A stretch of 64,000 nucleotides of DNA from Candidatus Dormiibacterota bacterium. GTDB lineage: Bacteria > Chloroflexota > Dormibacteria > Aeolococcales > Aeolococcaceae. Made by a program: the position numbers and the translations under genes. Below are positions 9,891 through 19,131 of the stretch, in pieces. Every line of letters begins with the position of its first letter. Position 1 is the first letter of the stretch. Under the pieces are notes generated by a model that worked only from the letters and a program-made list of their open reading frames with translations, had not been told where the DNA came from and ran no database searches. The stretch lies in NCBI GenBank assembly GCA_963799005.1, contig CAWCVK010000001.1, positions 1,820,066 to 1,884,065 of the forward strand. Reading direction: 5' to 3'.

Positions 9891-10226
9891 TCAGGTCAGC
9901 GAGGTCGCCGACCAGGGCCCATCGGGCACGATGCGCAGGCGCTCGACGGGGCGGCCGCCGATGAGGTGTTCGGCGATGATCTCGTCGACGTCGGGGACGA
10001 GAAGCCGGCCGTACCAGACACCGTCGGGGTAGACGATCATGATCGGGCCCTGGTGGTGCTGCTGGTTGCAGCCCATCCTCGTGGTGCGCACCCAGGTCAG
10101 CTCGAGCCGCTCGACCTCGTCGCGCAGGCGTTGCAGGATGTGCTCCGATCCCTGACCCCCGCAGTGGTGACGCCCGACCGTCGTGCAGACGAAGACGTGG
10201 AGGTTGCGCGGCGTGGCGTCGCTCAT
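9891..10226 (-). CDS. thioredoxin-like [2Fe-2S] ferredoxin
   Basis: 'HVFVCT..RHHCGGQG' and 'MGCNQQHHQGPIMIVYPDGVWYG'. Confidence 0.75.
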   Translation of the reverse strand: MSDATPRNLHVFVCTTVGRHHCGGQGSEHILQRLRDEVERLELTWVRTTRMGCNQQHHQGPIMIVYPDGVWYGRLLVPDVDEIIAEHLIGGRPVERLRIVPDGPWSATSLT

Positions 10227-10292
10227 CGCACCCAATGGTCGCCCACCCGGGCGCGGCTCCGCCCCGTGCCGGCGTGCGAAAGTAGCGCCACG

Positions 10293-10727
10293 ATGGACTT
10301 GAGCTTCGCGTTCTTCGCGGACAGCGCGGTGGTTCCTCCCGACGGCAAGCTGTACGTGCTCGGCGGTGGCTTCAGCGCGCTTTCGATGGCATCACTCCCC
10401 GGGCGTGCCGCGTTCGCGGTGGTGGCGGGGTTCCGGTTCAGCGCGGCCGACGTCGGCCAGGCACACCAGGTCGAGCTTCGCCTCACCGACGCGCAGGGAA
10501 AGCTCGTCCTCGCACCCGTGATCCTGCAATTCCAGGCGGCCGGGCCGAAGCTGGTTCCGGGGCAGGAGGTCAGCATCTCCACGGTGACCATCCTCCAGCC
10601 GATGTTCGGCGAACCCGGCGTGTACACCACGGAGTTCTGGACCGATGGGAACCGGATCGGCGCGGTCAACCTCAACGTCGAGGAGCGCAAGGCGCCGGCG
10701 CCGGTCCCCGCCGACCGGCCCAACTGA
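10293..10727 (+). CDS. hypothetical protein
   Basis: 144 aa from ATG 10293 with good codon bias. The first 154 codons of the track ORF are antisense to the ferredoxin gene. Confidence 0.45.
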   Translation: MDLSFAFFADSAVVPPDGKLYVLGGGFSALSMASLPGRAAFAVVAGFRFSAADVGQAHQVELRLTDAQGKLVLAPVILQFQAAGPKLVPGQEVSISTVTILQPMFGEPGVYTTEFWTDGNRIGAVNLNVEERKAPAPVPADRPN

Positions 10728-10737
10728 TCGCCGCGGA

Positions 10738-11586
10738 TCAGTACTCGTAGAAACCGCGCCCGCTCTTTCTGCCGAGGTAGCCGGCGGACACCATCCGGCG
10801 GAGCAGCGGCGGCGGCGCGAAGTCGCTGTTCGCGTACTCCTCGTAGAGCAACTCGCACACGAACAGCGCGGTGTCCAGGCCGATGTAATCGAGGAGCTGG
10901 AGCGGACCCATGGGATGGCCGCAACCGAGTCGCATCCCCTCGTCGATGTCGTCGCGGGTCGCGAAACCTGATTCGTAGAGCCGGATGGCGTGGGTGAGGA
11001 ACGGGATCAGCAGCAGGTTCACGATGAAGCCGCCGCGATCCTGGGCGACGATGATGCGCTTGCCGAGGCGCTCGCCGAGCGTGCGCGTCTCCTCGAGCGT
11101 CTCGTCGCTGGTGGCGATGCTCCGGACCACCTCGATCAACTTCATCACCGGCGCGGGGTTGAAGAAGTGCGTGCCGATCACCCGGTCGGGACGCCGGGTT
11201 GCACGCGCGATCTCGATGATCGGAAGCGCCGACGTGTTGGTGGCGAGGATCGCGTCCTCGGAGACGATCCGGTCGAGCTGCTCGAAGACGGTGACCTTCG
11301 CGGGCAGCTGCTCCACGATCGCCTCGACGCAGAAATCGCACTCGGCGAAATCCTCGAGACGTGGGGTGAAGGTCAGCAGTCCGTGGATGCGCTCGATGTC
11401 GTCGTCGCTGAGCTTCCCGGTCTGGCGCCCGCGCTCGAGTGACGCGCCGACCCGGCGCTGACCTGCGGCCAGCTGCTCGGATCCCGCCTCGGTGACCAGG
11501 GTCCGGATGCCGTTGCGGGCGCACACCTCGGCGATTCCGGAGCCCATCAGCCCGGCGCCGATGATGCCCACGCTCCCGATCTCCAT
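10738..11586 (-). CDS. hbd: 3-hydroxybutyryl-CoA dehydrogenase
   Basis: 'VGIIGAGLMGSGIAEV', 'FFNPAPVMKLIEV'; 282 aa from ATG 11586. Confidence 0.92.
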   Translation of the reverse strand: MEIGSVGIIGAGLMGSGIAEVCARNGIRTLVTEAGSEQLAAGQRRVGASLERGRQTGKLSDDDIERIHGLLTFTPRLEDFAECDFCVEAIVEQLPAKVTVFEQLDRIVSEDAILATNTSALPIIEIARATRRPDRVIGTHFFNPAPVMKLIEVVRSIATSDETLEETRTLGERLGKRIIVAQDRGGFIVNLLLIPFLTHAIRLYESGFATRDDIDEGMRLGCGHPMGPLQLLDYIGLDTALFVCELLYEEYANSDFAPPPLLRRMVSAGYLGRKSGRGFYEY

Positions 11587-11675
11587 GCTCGACACTCCTC
11601 TGAGGCGCTGTCGCTGACGTGGCGGCCGTCCAGCCGCCTGCGCAGTCTGCCCGAGGGCGAGCGGGCCGCGCACCT

Positions 11676-12041
11676 ATGATGGGCGGCATGGGGTCACCGG
11701 GCACGGTCGCACTCGTCAGTGACGATCTGATGTTCGCCAGTCAGCTCAGCACCACGATGCGTCGAGCCGGGGGCAACGCCGTGCTCGTGACCGGTGACTC
11801 GGTCCCCGACGTGGCCGTGGTCTTCGTCGACCTCAACAGCGCCGTCGACACGCGTCTCGCGCTGATCGGGCGCCTGCGCGGTGAGCGCCCGGGTCTCGAG
11901 ATCGTCGGCTTCTCACATCACGGCGACCTCGACCTGCGCCGGCGCGCACGCGCGTCCGGCGCGACCCGGGTCGTCAACAACGGCGCGATTCAGACGGTCG
12001 CGCTGCGCCGGTCCGGCCTCGGCGCCCCAGGCACATCGTGA
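11676..12041 (+). CDS. CheY-like receiver-domain protein (single domain)
   Basis: 'VALVSDDLMF', 'VVFVDLN', 'IVGFSHH' are spaced like receiver D-D / D / S positions; weak call and start uncertain. Confidence 0.35.
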   Translation: MMGGMGSPGTVALVSDDLMFASQLSTTMRRAGGNAVLVTGDSVPDVAVVFVDLNSAVDTRLALIGRLRGERPGLEIVGFSHHGDLDLRRRARASGATRVVNNGAIQTVALRRSGLGAPGTS

Positions 12042-13231
12042 GTGGCGTCGCGGTCGATCTCGACGCGCGCATCCGCGCCGAGGTCGACCGGACTCGTGAA
12101 GACTGCGTCGAGATCCGGCGCATGCTCCACCGGCATCCGGAGCTGTCGCTCGAGGAACGCGACACTGCCGAGCTGGTTGGTCAGCGCAGCGCCGACCTCG
12201 GGTTCACGGTGCGCACCGGGGTGGGGGGAACCGGGGTGCTGGCCGATCTCGACAGCGGGCGCCCGGGTCCAACCCTGATGCTGCGCGCCGACATGGACGC
12301 GCTGCCGATCGTCGAGCGCGGCGAGGGGCGCGTGGTCACGTCCGCGGTCGACGGTGTGATGCATGCATGCGGGCACGACGGCCATGTGGCGATGACCCTC
12401 GCCGCCGCGACCGCGCTCGCCGCGCTGCGTGACGGCTGGTCGGGGCGCGTGCGCCTCTGCTTCCAGCCCGCCGAGGAGACCGCGTCGGGGGCGATGCCGA
12501 TGATCGCCGACGGAGCCGCCGACGGCGTGGACCGCGTTCTCGGCATCCACCTCTGGGCGCCGCTCGAGACCGGACGAGTTGCAGTCAAGTCTGGCGTCAT
12601 CTTCGGAAGTGCGGACAGCTTTTCGATAACGATCCAGGGCCGCGGCGGGCATGGCGGCATGCCCCACACCGCGATCGATCCCGTGGTGGTCACCGCCCAG
12701 GTGATCCTCGCGATCCAGACGATCATCAGCCGGGAGACGTCGCCCTTCTCACCGGCGGTGATCACCATCGGCCGGGTCACCGCCGGGACGGCCTTCAACG
12801 TGATCGCCGAGTCCGCCGAGTTGCTCGGCACGACGCGGGCGATAGAGGGGAGCGAGCGCGAACGTCTCCTCAAGCGGGTCGCGGAGATCGCGACCGCGGT
12901 GGCGAGTGGCTACGGCGCCGAGGCGCATTTCCTTCGGGGCAGCGGCTGTCCACCGGTCGTCTCCGACACCGCGACCGCCGACCTCGTCCGGCGCGCCGCC
13001 GCCGCCACAGTCGGTGAGGACCACGTCGACATCGCGGTGCCGATCACCGTCGGCGACGATGTCGCGTGCTTCCTCGAACGCGCGCCCGGCTGCTACTTTC
13101 TGGTCGGAGCCGGCCATCCCGAACGCGGCCCGGTCGCCCCGCATCACAGCGCCTACTTCGACATCGACGAGGCGGCGCTTCCGGTGGGGGTCGAGACCCT
13201 GGTGCGCGCCAGCCTCGACGTGCTCGCGTGA
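12038..13231 (+). CDS. M20-family amidohydrolase (N-acyl-amino-acid amidohydrolase / hippurate hydrolase type)
   Basis: 'LHRHPELSLEERDT', 'MHACGHDGH'; GTGA overlap with the upstream gene. Confidence 0.9.
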   Translation: MSGVAVDLDARIRAEVDRTREDCVEIRRMLHRHPELSLEERDTAELVGQRSADLGFTVRTGVGGTGVLADLDSGRPGPTLMLRADMDALPIVERGEGRVVTSAVDGVMHACGHDGHVAMTLAAATALAALRDGWSGRVRLCFQPAEETASGAMPMIADGAADGVDRVLGIHLWAPLETGRVAVKSGVIFGSADSFSITIQGRGGHGGMPHTAIDPVVVTAQVILAIQTIISRETSPFSPAVITIGRVTAGTAFNVIAESAELLGTTRAIEGSERERLLKRVAEIATAVASGYGAEAHFLRGSGCPPVVSDTATADLVRRAAAATVGEDHVDIAVPITVGDDVACFLERAPGCYFLVGAGHPERGPVAPHHSAYFDIDEAALPVGVETLVRASLDVLA

Positions 13232-13779
13232 TGGACTTCATCCGCTCGCGCGAGGATCGCGACGACCTCTACGGCACGGTCGATCTCACCCCGCGACCGA
13301 CGTCGGAATCGGAGACGCTGCTGTCGGTCGCGATGGAGATCGAGCACGCCAACAACTCGGGTTACGTGCACGGCGGCACGATCATGCGCCTGGTCGACAC
13401 CGCGGCGGGTATCGCTGCAGTGAAACACGCGCGGCGCCGTGTCGTCACCGCCACCATGGACGAGATGAGCTTCCTCTCCCCGGTGTACATCGGCGACCTG
13501 CTCACCGTGCACGCGCGGGTCAACGACGCGCATCACTCCTCGATGGAGATCAGCGTGCGTGTCGACGTCGAGCGCATCCCCTCGGGCGAGAAGTTGCACG
13601 TGGCCAGCGCCCACCTCGTCTACGTCGGCCTCGATCGCGAGGGCCGACCGGCGGAGGTCGCCAAGGTCGTCGCGGTGACCGACGAGGAGCGTCAACGCCA
13701 GGCCGAGGCGCGAGTCCGCCGGGAGCAACGCCTGCTGCGCAAGCGCGCGCTGGCCGAGGCGTTGCACGGCGAAAAGTGA
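13231..13779 (+). CDS. acyl-CoA thioesterase (hotdog fold)
   Basis: 'ANNSGYVHGGTIMRLVDTAAG'; ATG shares one base with the M20 stop. Confidence 0.85.
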   Translation: MDFIRSREDRDDLYGTVDLTPRPTSESETLLSVAMEIEHANNSGYVHGGTIMRLVDTAAGIAAVKHARRRVVTATMDEMSFLSPVYIGDLLTVHARVNDAHHSSMEISVRVDVERIPSGEKLHVASAHLVYVGLDREGRPAEVAKVVAVTDEERQRQAEARVRREQRLLRKRALAEALHGEK

Positions 13780-13827
13780 CGTGTGCGCGGCCACCCTTCG
13801 CAACGCCTCGGGTACGATGACCCCGCC

Positions 13828-14577
13828 ATGGCCGAGGTGACCGCTCCGCTGACCGTTCGGGATGCGACGGCCCCGCTGCCGACGGCGCGCCAGCACATCC
13901 GTTTCGCGTTCTACCGGGTGCGACCCGAGTGGCGCCTCCGGCCCGGCACCGAGCGAGCGGCCGATCGCGAGGAGGTGGCGGCGCTGGTGCGTGAGATCGG
14001 CGACCGCGAGGGCGTGCTCATCCGCTCGTACAGCACGGTGGGCACGCGTGGCGACGCGGACTTCCTCCTCTGGCTGGTCAGCGAGCACGTCGACGATCTG
14101 CACGAGTTCGCCGCGCGCCTCAACCGGACCCGGCTCGCCGCGTACCTGGAATCGCCGTACAGCTATTTCTCGATGACCAAGCAGAGCATGTATGTCGAGA
14201 AGCACCGTCACGACAACCAGGAGGGGAGGAGCAACCGACTGGTCATCGCCCCGACCGGACGTCGCTATCTCTTCGTCTATCCGTTCGTGAAGACCCGGGC
14301 GTGGTACCGGCTCAGCGCCGAGGAGCGGCAGCGTCAGATGAGCGAGCACATCGCCATGGGCCACAGGTACCCCGGGGTGAAGATCAATACCACGTACTCA
14401 TTCGGGCTGGACGATCAGGAGTTCGTGGTTGCCTTCGAGAGCGACTCGGTCGCGGACTTCCTCGACCTGGTGCATGAGATGCGCGGCAGCGAGGCGTCCA
14501 CCCACACCGTGCGCGACGTGCCGTCGTTCACGTGCATCGCGATGGATGTCGATGAGGTGCTGTCCGCCCTCGGTTAG
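13828..14577 (+). CDS. hemQ: coproheme decarboxylase / chlorite-dismutase-family protein
   Basis: 'YLFVYPFVKTRAWYRLSAEERQRQMSEHI', 'INTTYSFGLDDQEFVVAFE'. Confidence 0.85.
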   Translation: MAEVTAPLTVRDATAPLPTARQHIRFAFYRVRPEWRLRPGTERAADREEVAALVREIGDREGVLIRSYSTVGTRGDADFLLWLVSEHVDDLHEFAARLNRTRLAAYLESPYSYFSMTKQSMYVEKHRHDNQEGRSNRLVIAPTGRRYLFVYPFVKTRAWYRLSAEERQRQMSEHIAMGHRYPGVKINTTYSFGLDDQEFVVAFESDSVADFLDLVHEMRGSEASTHTVRDVPSFTCIAMDVDEVLSALG

Positions 14578-15884
14578 CCGGCGAGCACCGCCCGTCGCCG
14601 CTCGGCGCCCTGCAGGGAGGCGAGCATCACCTCCATGACGTGCATGACCCGCACGTCGGGCGCGTAGCGCGCCGCGCCGGCGCGCAGCTGGAGCAGGCAC
14701 GAGATGTTCTCGGTGACCACGATCTCCGCCCCGCTCGCGCGGATATTGTCGAACTTGCGCTGCAGGATCGCCTCGCTGCGCTCCGGTTGACGCGCGAAAT
14801 ACGTGCCCGCGCCGCCGCAGCACATCGCCCGCTCGTGGAGCGGCACGACGTCGAGGTGCGGGATCTGCTCGAGCAGGCGCCGCATGGCGCCGCGCTCGGG
14901 TCCGTCGATCGGCAGCGCGCACGGTTCGTCGATGGTCACCCGCCAGCGCAGCGGCCCGAGCTCGCCGCGCACCCCGTTGCGGTCGAGGAAATCACTGGCG
15001 AGAGCGGTGTGGCGCGCGACCTCGCGCGCGCGCGCGCCGACCTGGCGATCATCGCCGGCGATGCTCCCGTATTCGCGATAGTGCTCCGTGCACGACGCGG
15101 TGTCCCCGATGTACGCATCGACGTCGAGATCGCTCATCGTCGCGCTGTTCCTGATCGCCATGTCCACCATCGCATCGCGGTCGCCGAGCGTGCGCGCGGG
15201 CAGCCCGCTGCAGCCGAGCTCGGGGACGCGGACGTCGTAGCCCGACGCCAGCAGCACCCGGATGGTCGCGTCGGTGGCCTCCGGTGCGGTGAGATTCTCC
15301 AGGCAGCACACCAGCATCGCCACGGCTCCCCGCACCGGCCGGCTGGGAGCCGGGAGGTCGCCGAGCATCTGGTACACGGTGCGGTCGGGCGGCGGCCCGC
15401 CCTGCTCGGCGAGCGCACCCAGAGCCCCGAGCCACGACAGCATCCCGGTGCGGCGCGCAAGCCCGTACAGCCCCGTACGCCGGGTGAAGCGGGCGAACCC
15501 GTGGAGCGCCCGAAGGGCGCCCGGCCGCGGGAGCACACCGCGGAGCGCAAATGACTGTGCCCACGGGTATCCCTCCTGGGCATGCAGCTCCTGGCGCGCG
15601 CGGCTGACGATGTGACCGGTCGGGACGCGGGGCGCGCAGGCCGCGACGCAGTTGTCGCAGGTCAGGCAGCTCGAGAGCGGCCCCTCGGCGATGTCGCGCA
15701 GCTCGAGGCGACCTTCCATCGCATCGCGGATCAGCGCGATGCGACCGCGAGCCGTCTCCCATTCGACGGGATTGACCACGTATGCCGGGCACGTGGCCTG
15801 ACACAGAGAGCACTTGTTGCACTCGCTCGCCGCCTCGTAGACGTCGGCGAGAAAGCGTGGGGTCGGGACGGCGGCGCCGGCCAT
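14574..15884 (-). CDS. (Fe-S)-binding protein, GlcF / heterodisulfide-reductase-like
   Basis: Two 4Fe-4S motifs 'CNKCSLCQATCP' and 'CLTCDNCVAACAP', plus CCG-type 'MCCGGAG'. Confidence 0.85.
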   Translation of the reverse strand: MAGAAVPTPRFLADVYEAASECNKCSLCQATCPAYVVNPVEWETARGRIALIRDAMEGRLELRDIAEGPLSSCLTCDNCVAACAPRVPTGHIVSRARQELHAQEGYPWAQSFALRGVLPRPGALRALHGFARFTRRTGLYGLARRTGMLSWLGALGALAEQGGPPPDRTVYQMLGDLPAPSRPVRGAVAMLVCCLENLTAPEATDATIRVLLASGYDVRVPELGCSGLPARTLGDRDAMVDMAIRNSATMSDLDVDAYIGDTASCTEHYREYGSIAGDDRQVGARAREVARHTALASDFLDRNGVRGELGPLRWRVTIDEPCALPIDGPERGAMRRLLEQIPHLDVVPLHERAMCCGGAGTYFARQPERSEAILQRKFDNIRASGAEIVVTENISCLLQLRAGAARYAPDVRVMHVMEVMLASLQGAERRRAVLAG

Positions 15885-15963
15885 TGGGCCCGGATTGTAG
15901 ACGAGATCGCAAACCGCTCCACCGGGTGATGCCCGGCCCACGCCGATCCGTAGAGTTGCGTGC

Positions 15964-17548
15964 GTGTCCGCGAATTACCACGTCGAGGCCTTCAGCGCAG
16001 AGGAACGGGCGATGCTCGTCGCTCACGTCACCAACCTCGATCGCCCCGTCTTCGCGCTCACCAACCTCCCTCAGGTGACCGCGGCGGCACTCTTCGCGCG
16101 GTACAGCCGCAGCTCCAAGAGCCTGCGGCGGCTGCTGGTCGATGAGTTTCTTGCCGGCGGCACCCGCGAGCACGCGCTCGCCGCCAGCGCGGGCCGGGAG
16201 CGCGCCTCGGATCTCTTTGGACGCGTGCTCGCCGAGTACGGCGACAACTCCGTGGCCCAGCTCGGAGGTGTGCACCTGGCATGCGAGCAGGTGTCGCAAC
16301 CGCTCGCCAAGGCGATCGAATGGGGGCGGCTCGCGGCGTACCTCGAGCAGTCGACCCGCTACATCCCATACACGGATCGGCGCGACGGTCACTACCGGTA
16401 TCTGCGCGACCGTGAGCTGCTGTCGTCGCCACTCGGCGCCACCTACCTGCGCGCCATGGACCTGCTCTTCGACACGTACTCGGAGTTGCGCGAGCCGCTC
16501 GCTCGGCACCTCGATGAGACGCTGCCACCCGAAGCGGACGACAAGGCGCGCCGGCGAGCGATCCGGGCGCTCGCGCTCGACCTGATGCGCGGCCTGCTTC
16601 CGGCCGGCACGGTCAGCAACGTCGGCGTGTACGCATCGCCACAGGCGTACGAGCAGCTCGTGCTCCGATTGCGCGCCCACCCGCTCCCCGAAGCGCGCTC
16701 GTACGCGGAGCTGATCAACAGGGAGCTGCAGGATCTGATCCCGGAGTTCCTGACGCGGCTGGACCGTCCGGATCGAGGTGGGGTCTGGGTCGAGTACCTG
16801 CGCGACACGGCGGCCGCGGTCGCCCGTGACGCCGATCTTCTGGCTCCCGAGAACGAGTGGGGACCGCCCGGCGTCACCCTGGTCGACTGGGATGGGGACG
16901 GCGAGGATCGAATCCTCGCTTCGTCGCTCTTCCCCTACTCCCACGCATCGCAGGAGCGGCTGCTTGCCGCCGTGCGCCCGCTGTCGGAAGTCTCGCCGGG
17001 CTGCACTCTTCGCGGCCGCCGTGGGGCATCGGGGCAACCGGCGCCACCGCCCGGGACGCGGCTTCGAGCACTGCGAGTACACGTTCGAGGTCGTGTCCGA
17101 CTATGGCGCGTTTCGCGATCTGCAGCGCCACCGCATGCTCACCATCCAGTGGCAGGACCTGACACCATCACTGGGGTACGAGGTGCCCGATGCGGTCGTC
17201 GACGCCGGTCTGGGGGAGCGATGGCATGTCGCCGTCCGGGAGGCGGAAGCCGCGTACCGCGAGATCGTCGACGCCTTCCCGCAGCAGGCCGGCTACCTGG
17301 TCACCCTCGGCCACCGGATTCGGTACGTCATCAAGCTCAATGCGCGTGAGGCCATGCACCTCATCGAGCTGCGCACGTCGCCGCAGGGGCACCCGAGCTA
17401 CCGACAGATCTGCCAGGAGATGCTCCGGCTCATCGACGAGGTCGCCGGTCATCACCTTGTCGCCGGGGCGATGCGCTTCGCGGGTTCGGAGGACGTCCAC
17501 CTCCCGCGATACGCCTCCGAGGTTGCCGCAACACCGGCGGCGGAGTAG
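15964..17548 (+). pseudogene. ThyX-like FAD-dependent thymidylate synthase family protein (two ThyX-like halves); frame broken near 16985-17000
   Basis: Track ORF 15964..17349 is sensible up to '...AAVRPLSE'. ORF 16778..17548 is sensible from 'RRAALFAAAVGHRGNRRHRPGRGFEHCEYTFEV...FRDLQRHR'. The N-terminal half carries 'YLEQSTRY'. Confidence 0.7.
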
Positions 17549-17598
17549 CGCGAGGCCAGGCGCTCGCGACGCCGGGTACGGCATGTCACGCTGACGTC

Positions 17599-18489
17599 GT
17601 GAAGCGGTTTGCCACCTCGATCGGCGCCTGGGCCGGGCGCACCTACCCGGGCCGGCTGATCGCCGCATTCGGTTCAAGCCAGGCCAGCAACTACGCGTCG
17701 GGCATGGCCTTCAACGCGTTTGTCAGCATGTTCCCGCTCATCCTCGGTCTGCTGTCGATTCTCGGCTTCGCCACGCAGTCGGCGACCGCGCAGGCCAGCG
17801 CGCGCGCCGCCATCCTCGGATTCTTTCCCGGTGATGCGCACACCGAGTTGGAGAAGCTGTTCACCGCGATCCAGCAGCACTCCGGGCTGCTCGGCATCAT
17901 CGGGGTCGTCGGCCTGCTCTGGAGCGGTAGCAGCCTCTTCACCGGCATGGAGTTCTCCCTGGGAGTGGTCGTCGGCGTGCGTCAGCGCAGCTTCATCCGT
18001 CAGCGCGGGATGGCGCTGGTGATGACCATCCTGTTCGCTGCGGCGCTGGTGGTCACGATCGGCATCAACTCGCTGATCGCGCTTCCTGGGATCGTCTGGG
18101 GCTTCGAACCCGTGGTGGGGCTCGCAGTCTGGTGCCTGTTCATGCTTGCGATCTACCGGCTGGTGCCCAACCGCACCTACAGGGTCCGCGAGCTCTGGCC
18201 CGGGGTGGTGATCGCGGGGACGGCGATGGAGGCGCTCACCCTGCTCTGGCCGTTCTACGCGCACTTCTCGAAGGGTGCCTCGACCTATGGCGCGGTGTTC
18301 GCGTTCGTCTTCCTGCTCGCAGCCTGGCTCTATTTCCTGGCCGAGTTCATCCTCCTCGGCGCCGTCGCCAACAGGATGCACGCCGGGGAGCCGGACGCCC
18401 GAGGGCTGCTCGCAGAGCCGATCGCGCGTCGAATGCCGGTCGCGGAGGGATCTCGGACCGGTGGCGAGGTTTCCCGGACGGGAGCGTGA
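17599..18489 (+). CDS. YihY/BrkB-family membrane protein
   Basis: 'NYASGMAFNAFVSMFPLILGL' and a multi-TM profile. Confidence 0.85.
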   Translation: MKRFATSIGAWAGRTYPGRLIAAFGSSQASNYASGMAFNAFVSMFPLILGLLSILGFATQSATAQASARAAILGFFPGDAHTELEKLFTAIQQHSGLLGIIGVVGLLWSGSSLFTGMEFSLGVVVGVRQRSFIRQRGMALVMTILFAAALVVTIGINSLIALPGIVWGFEPVVGLAVWCLFMLAIYRLVPNRTYRVRELWPGVVIAGTAMEALTLLWPFYAHFSKGASTYGAVFAFVFLLAAWLYFLAEFILLGAVANRMHAGEPDARGLLAEPIARRMPVAEGSRTGGEVSRTGA

Positions 18490-18492
18490 CGT

Positions 18493-18897
18493 ATGATTGT
18501 CAGCACCATGGCAATTACCTCTCCGTCCATCGTCACGATCTCCGACACCGCTCGTGAGCAGCTCAAAGGCCTCATCGCCGACCAGCCGGCCGATCGCGCA
18601 CTCGGACTACGGGTTTTCGTGCAGTCCGGCGGCTGCTCCGGCTTCTCGTACGGCATGGGCCTGGATGAGAATCCGCCCCGCGACGACGATCAGGTCGTCG
18701 ACGTCGAAGGTGGCCTCAAGGTCTACGTCGACGCGTACTCTTCGCAGTACCTTCAGGGTGCTGAGATCGACTACGTCGACGAGCTGATGGGCGGCGGCTT
18801 CACGATCCACAACCCGAACGCCGTTCGGACCTGCGGCTGCGGGCATAGTTTCCAGACCTCCGACTCGGCCGGCGAAGCCAAGTCCTGCTCCCACTGA
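18493..18897 (+). CDS. iron-sulfur cluster insertion protein (HesB/IscA/ErpA family)
   Basis: 'GGCSGFSYGM' and C-terminal 'CGCGHSF'. Confidence 0.9.
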   Translation: MIVSTMAITSPSIVTISDTAREQLKGLIADQPADRALGLRVFVQSGGCSGFSYGMGLDENPPRDDDQVVDVEGGLKVYVDAYSSQYLQGAEIDYVDELMGGGFTIHNPNAVRTCGCGHSFQTSDSAGEAKSCSH

Positions 18898-19131
18898 GTA
18901 AGGGAGTTCTGACTGGCGGGCGGCCGCCGCTGCATCCGGCTGGAACTCGCCGATATCGGCGTCAGCGCCTGCGCCCCACTCGGTCACGCATTGGAAATGC
19001 GCTCCCTCTCGGGCTTGTCGCTTCCTTGATCTCGGCGGCCCAGCCGGCGCATCCGCGGCCAGCCCGCCGGTCAGAACGACCTAAGGAAACGAGGTCATCG
19101 GGTCTGACAACTCCGTTGCCGGAGGCGCTTT

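Noticed and set aside
9145-10727. Small-gene cluster (membrane protein, YtxH-like, ferredoxin, hypothetical) as a functional stress module
   Set aside because: Gene orientations alternate, there is no translational coupling and no shared regulatory motif was seen. There is not enough evidence for a system.
15049-17082. 677-aa minus-strand ORF, the longest ORF in this region of the track
   Set aside because: It is antisense to the GlcF-like and ThyX-like genes. It is extremely Arg/Pro/Gly/Ala-rich with no recognisable motifs, and its third-position bias is the mirror of the sense genes. This is a classic high-GC shadow ORF. The same reasoning applies to 22..663(-), 5467..6714(+), 5624..6940(-), 10223..11704(-), 20336..21718(-), 23583..25355(+), 26766..28295(-), 39302..40576(-), 48434..49717(-), 52217..53242(-) and similar entries.
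18989-19005. Hairpin GCGCAT-TGGAA-ATGCGC in the erpA/MFS convergent spacer
   Set aside because: The stem is only 6 bp and no U-tract follows on either strand, so it cannot be called a terminator with any confidence.
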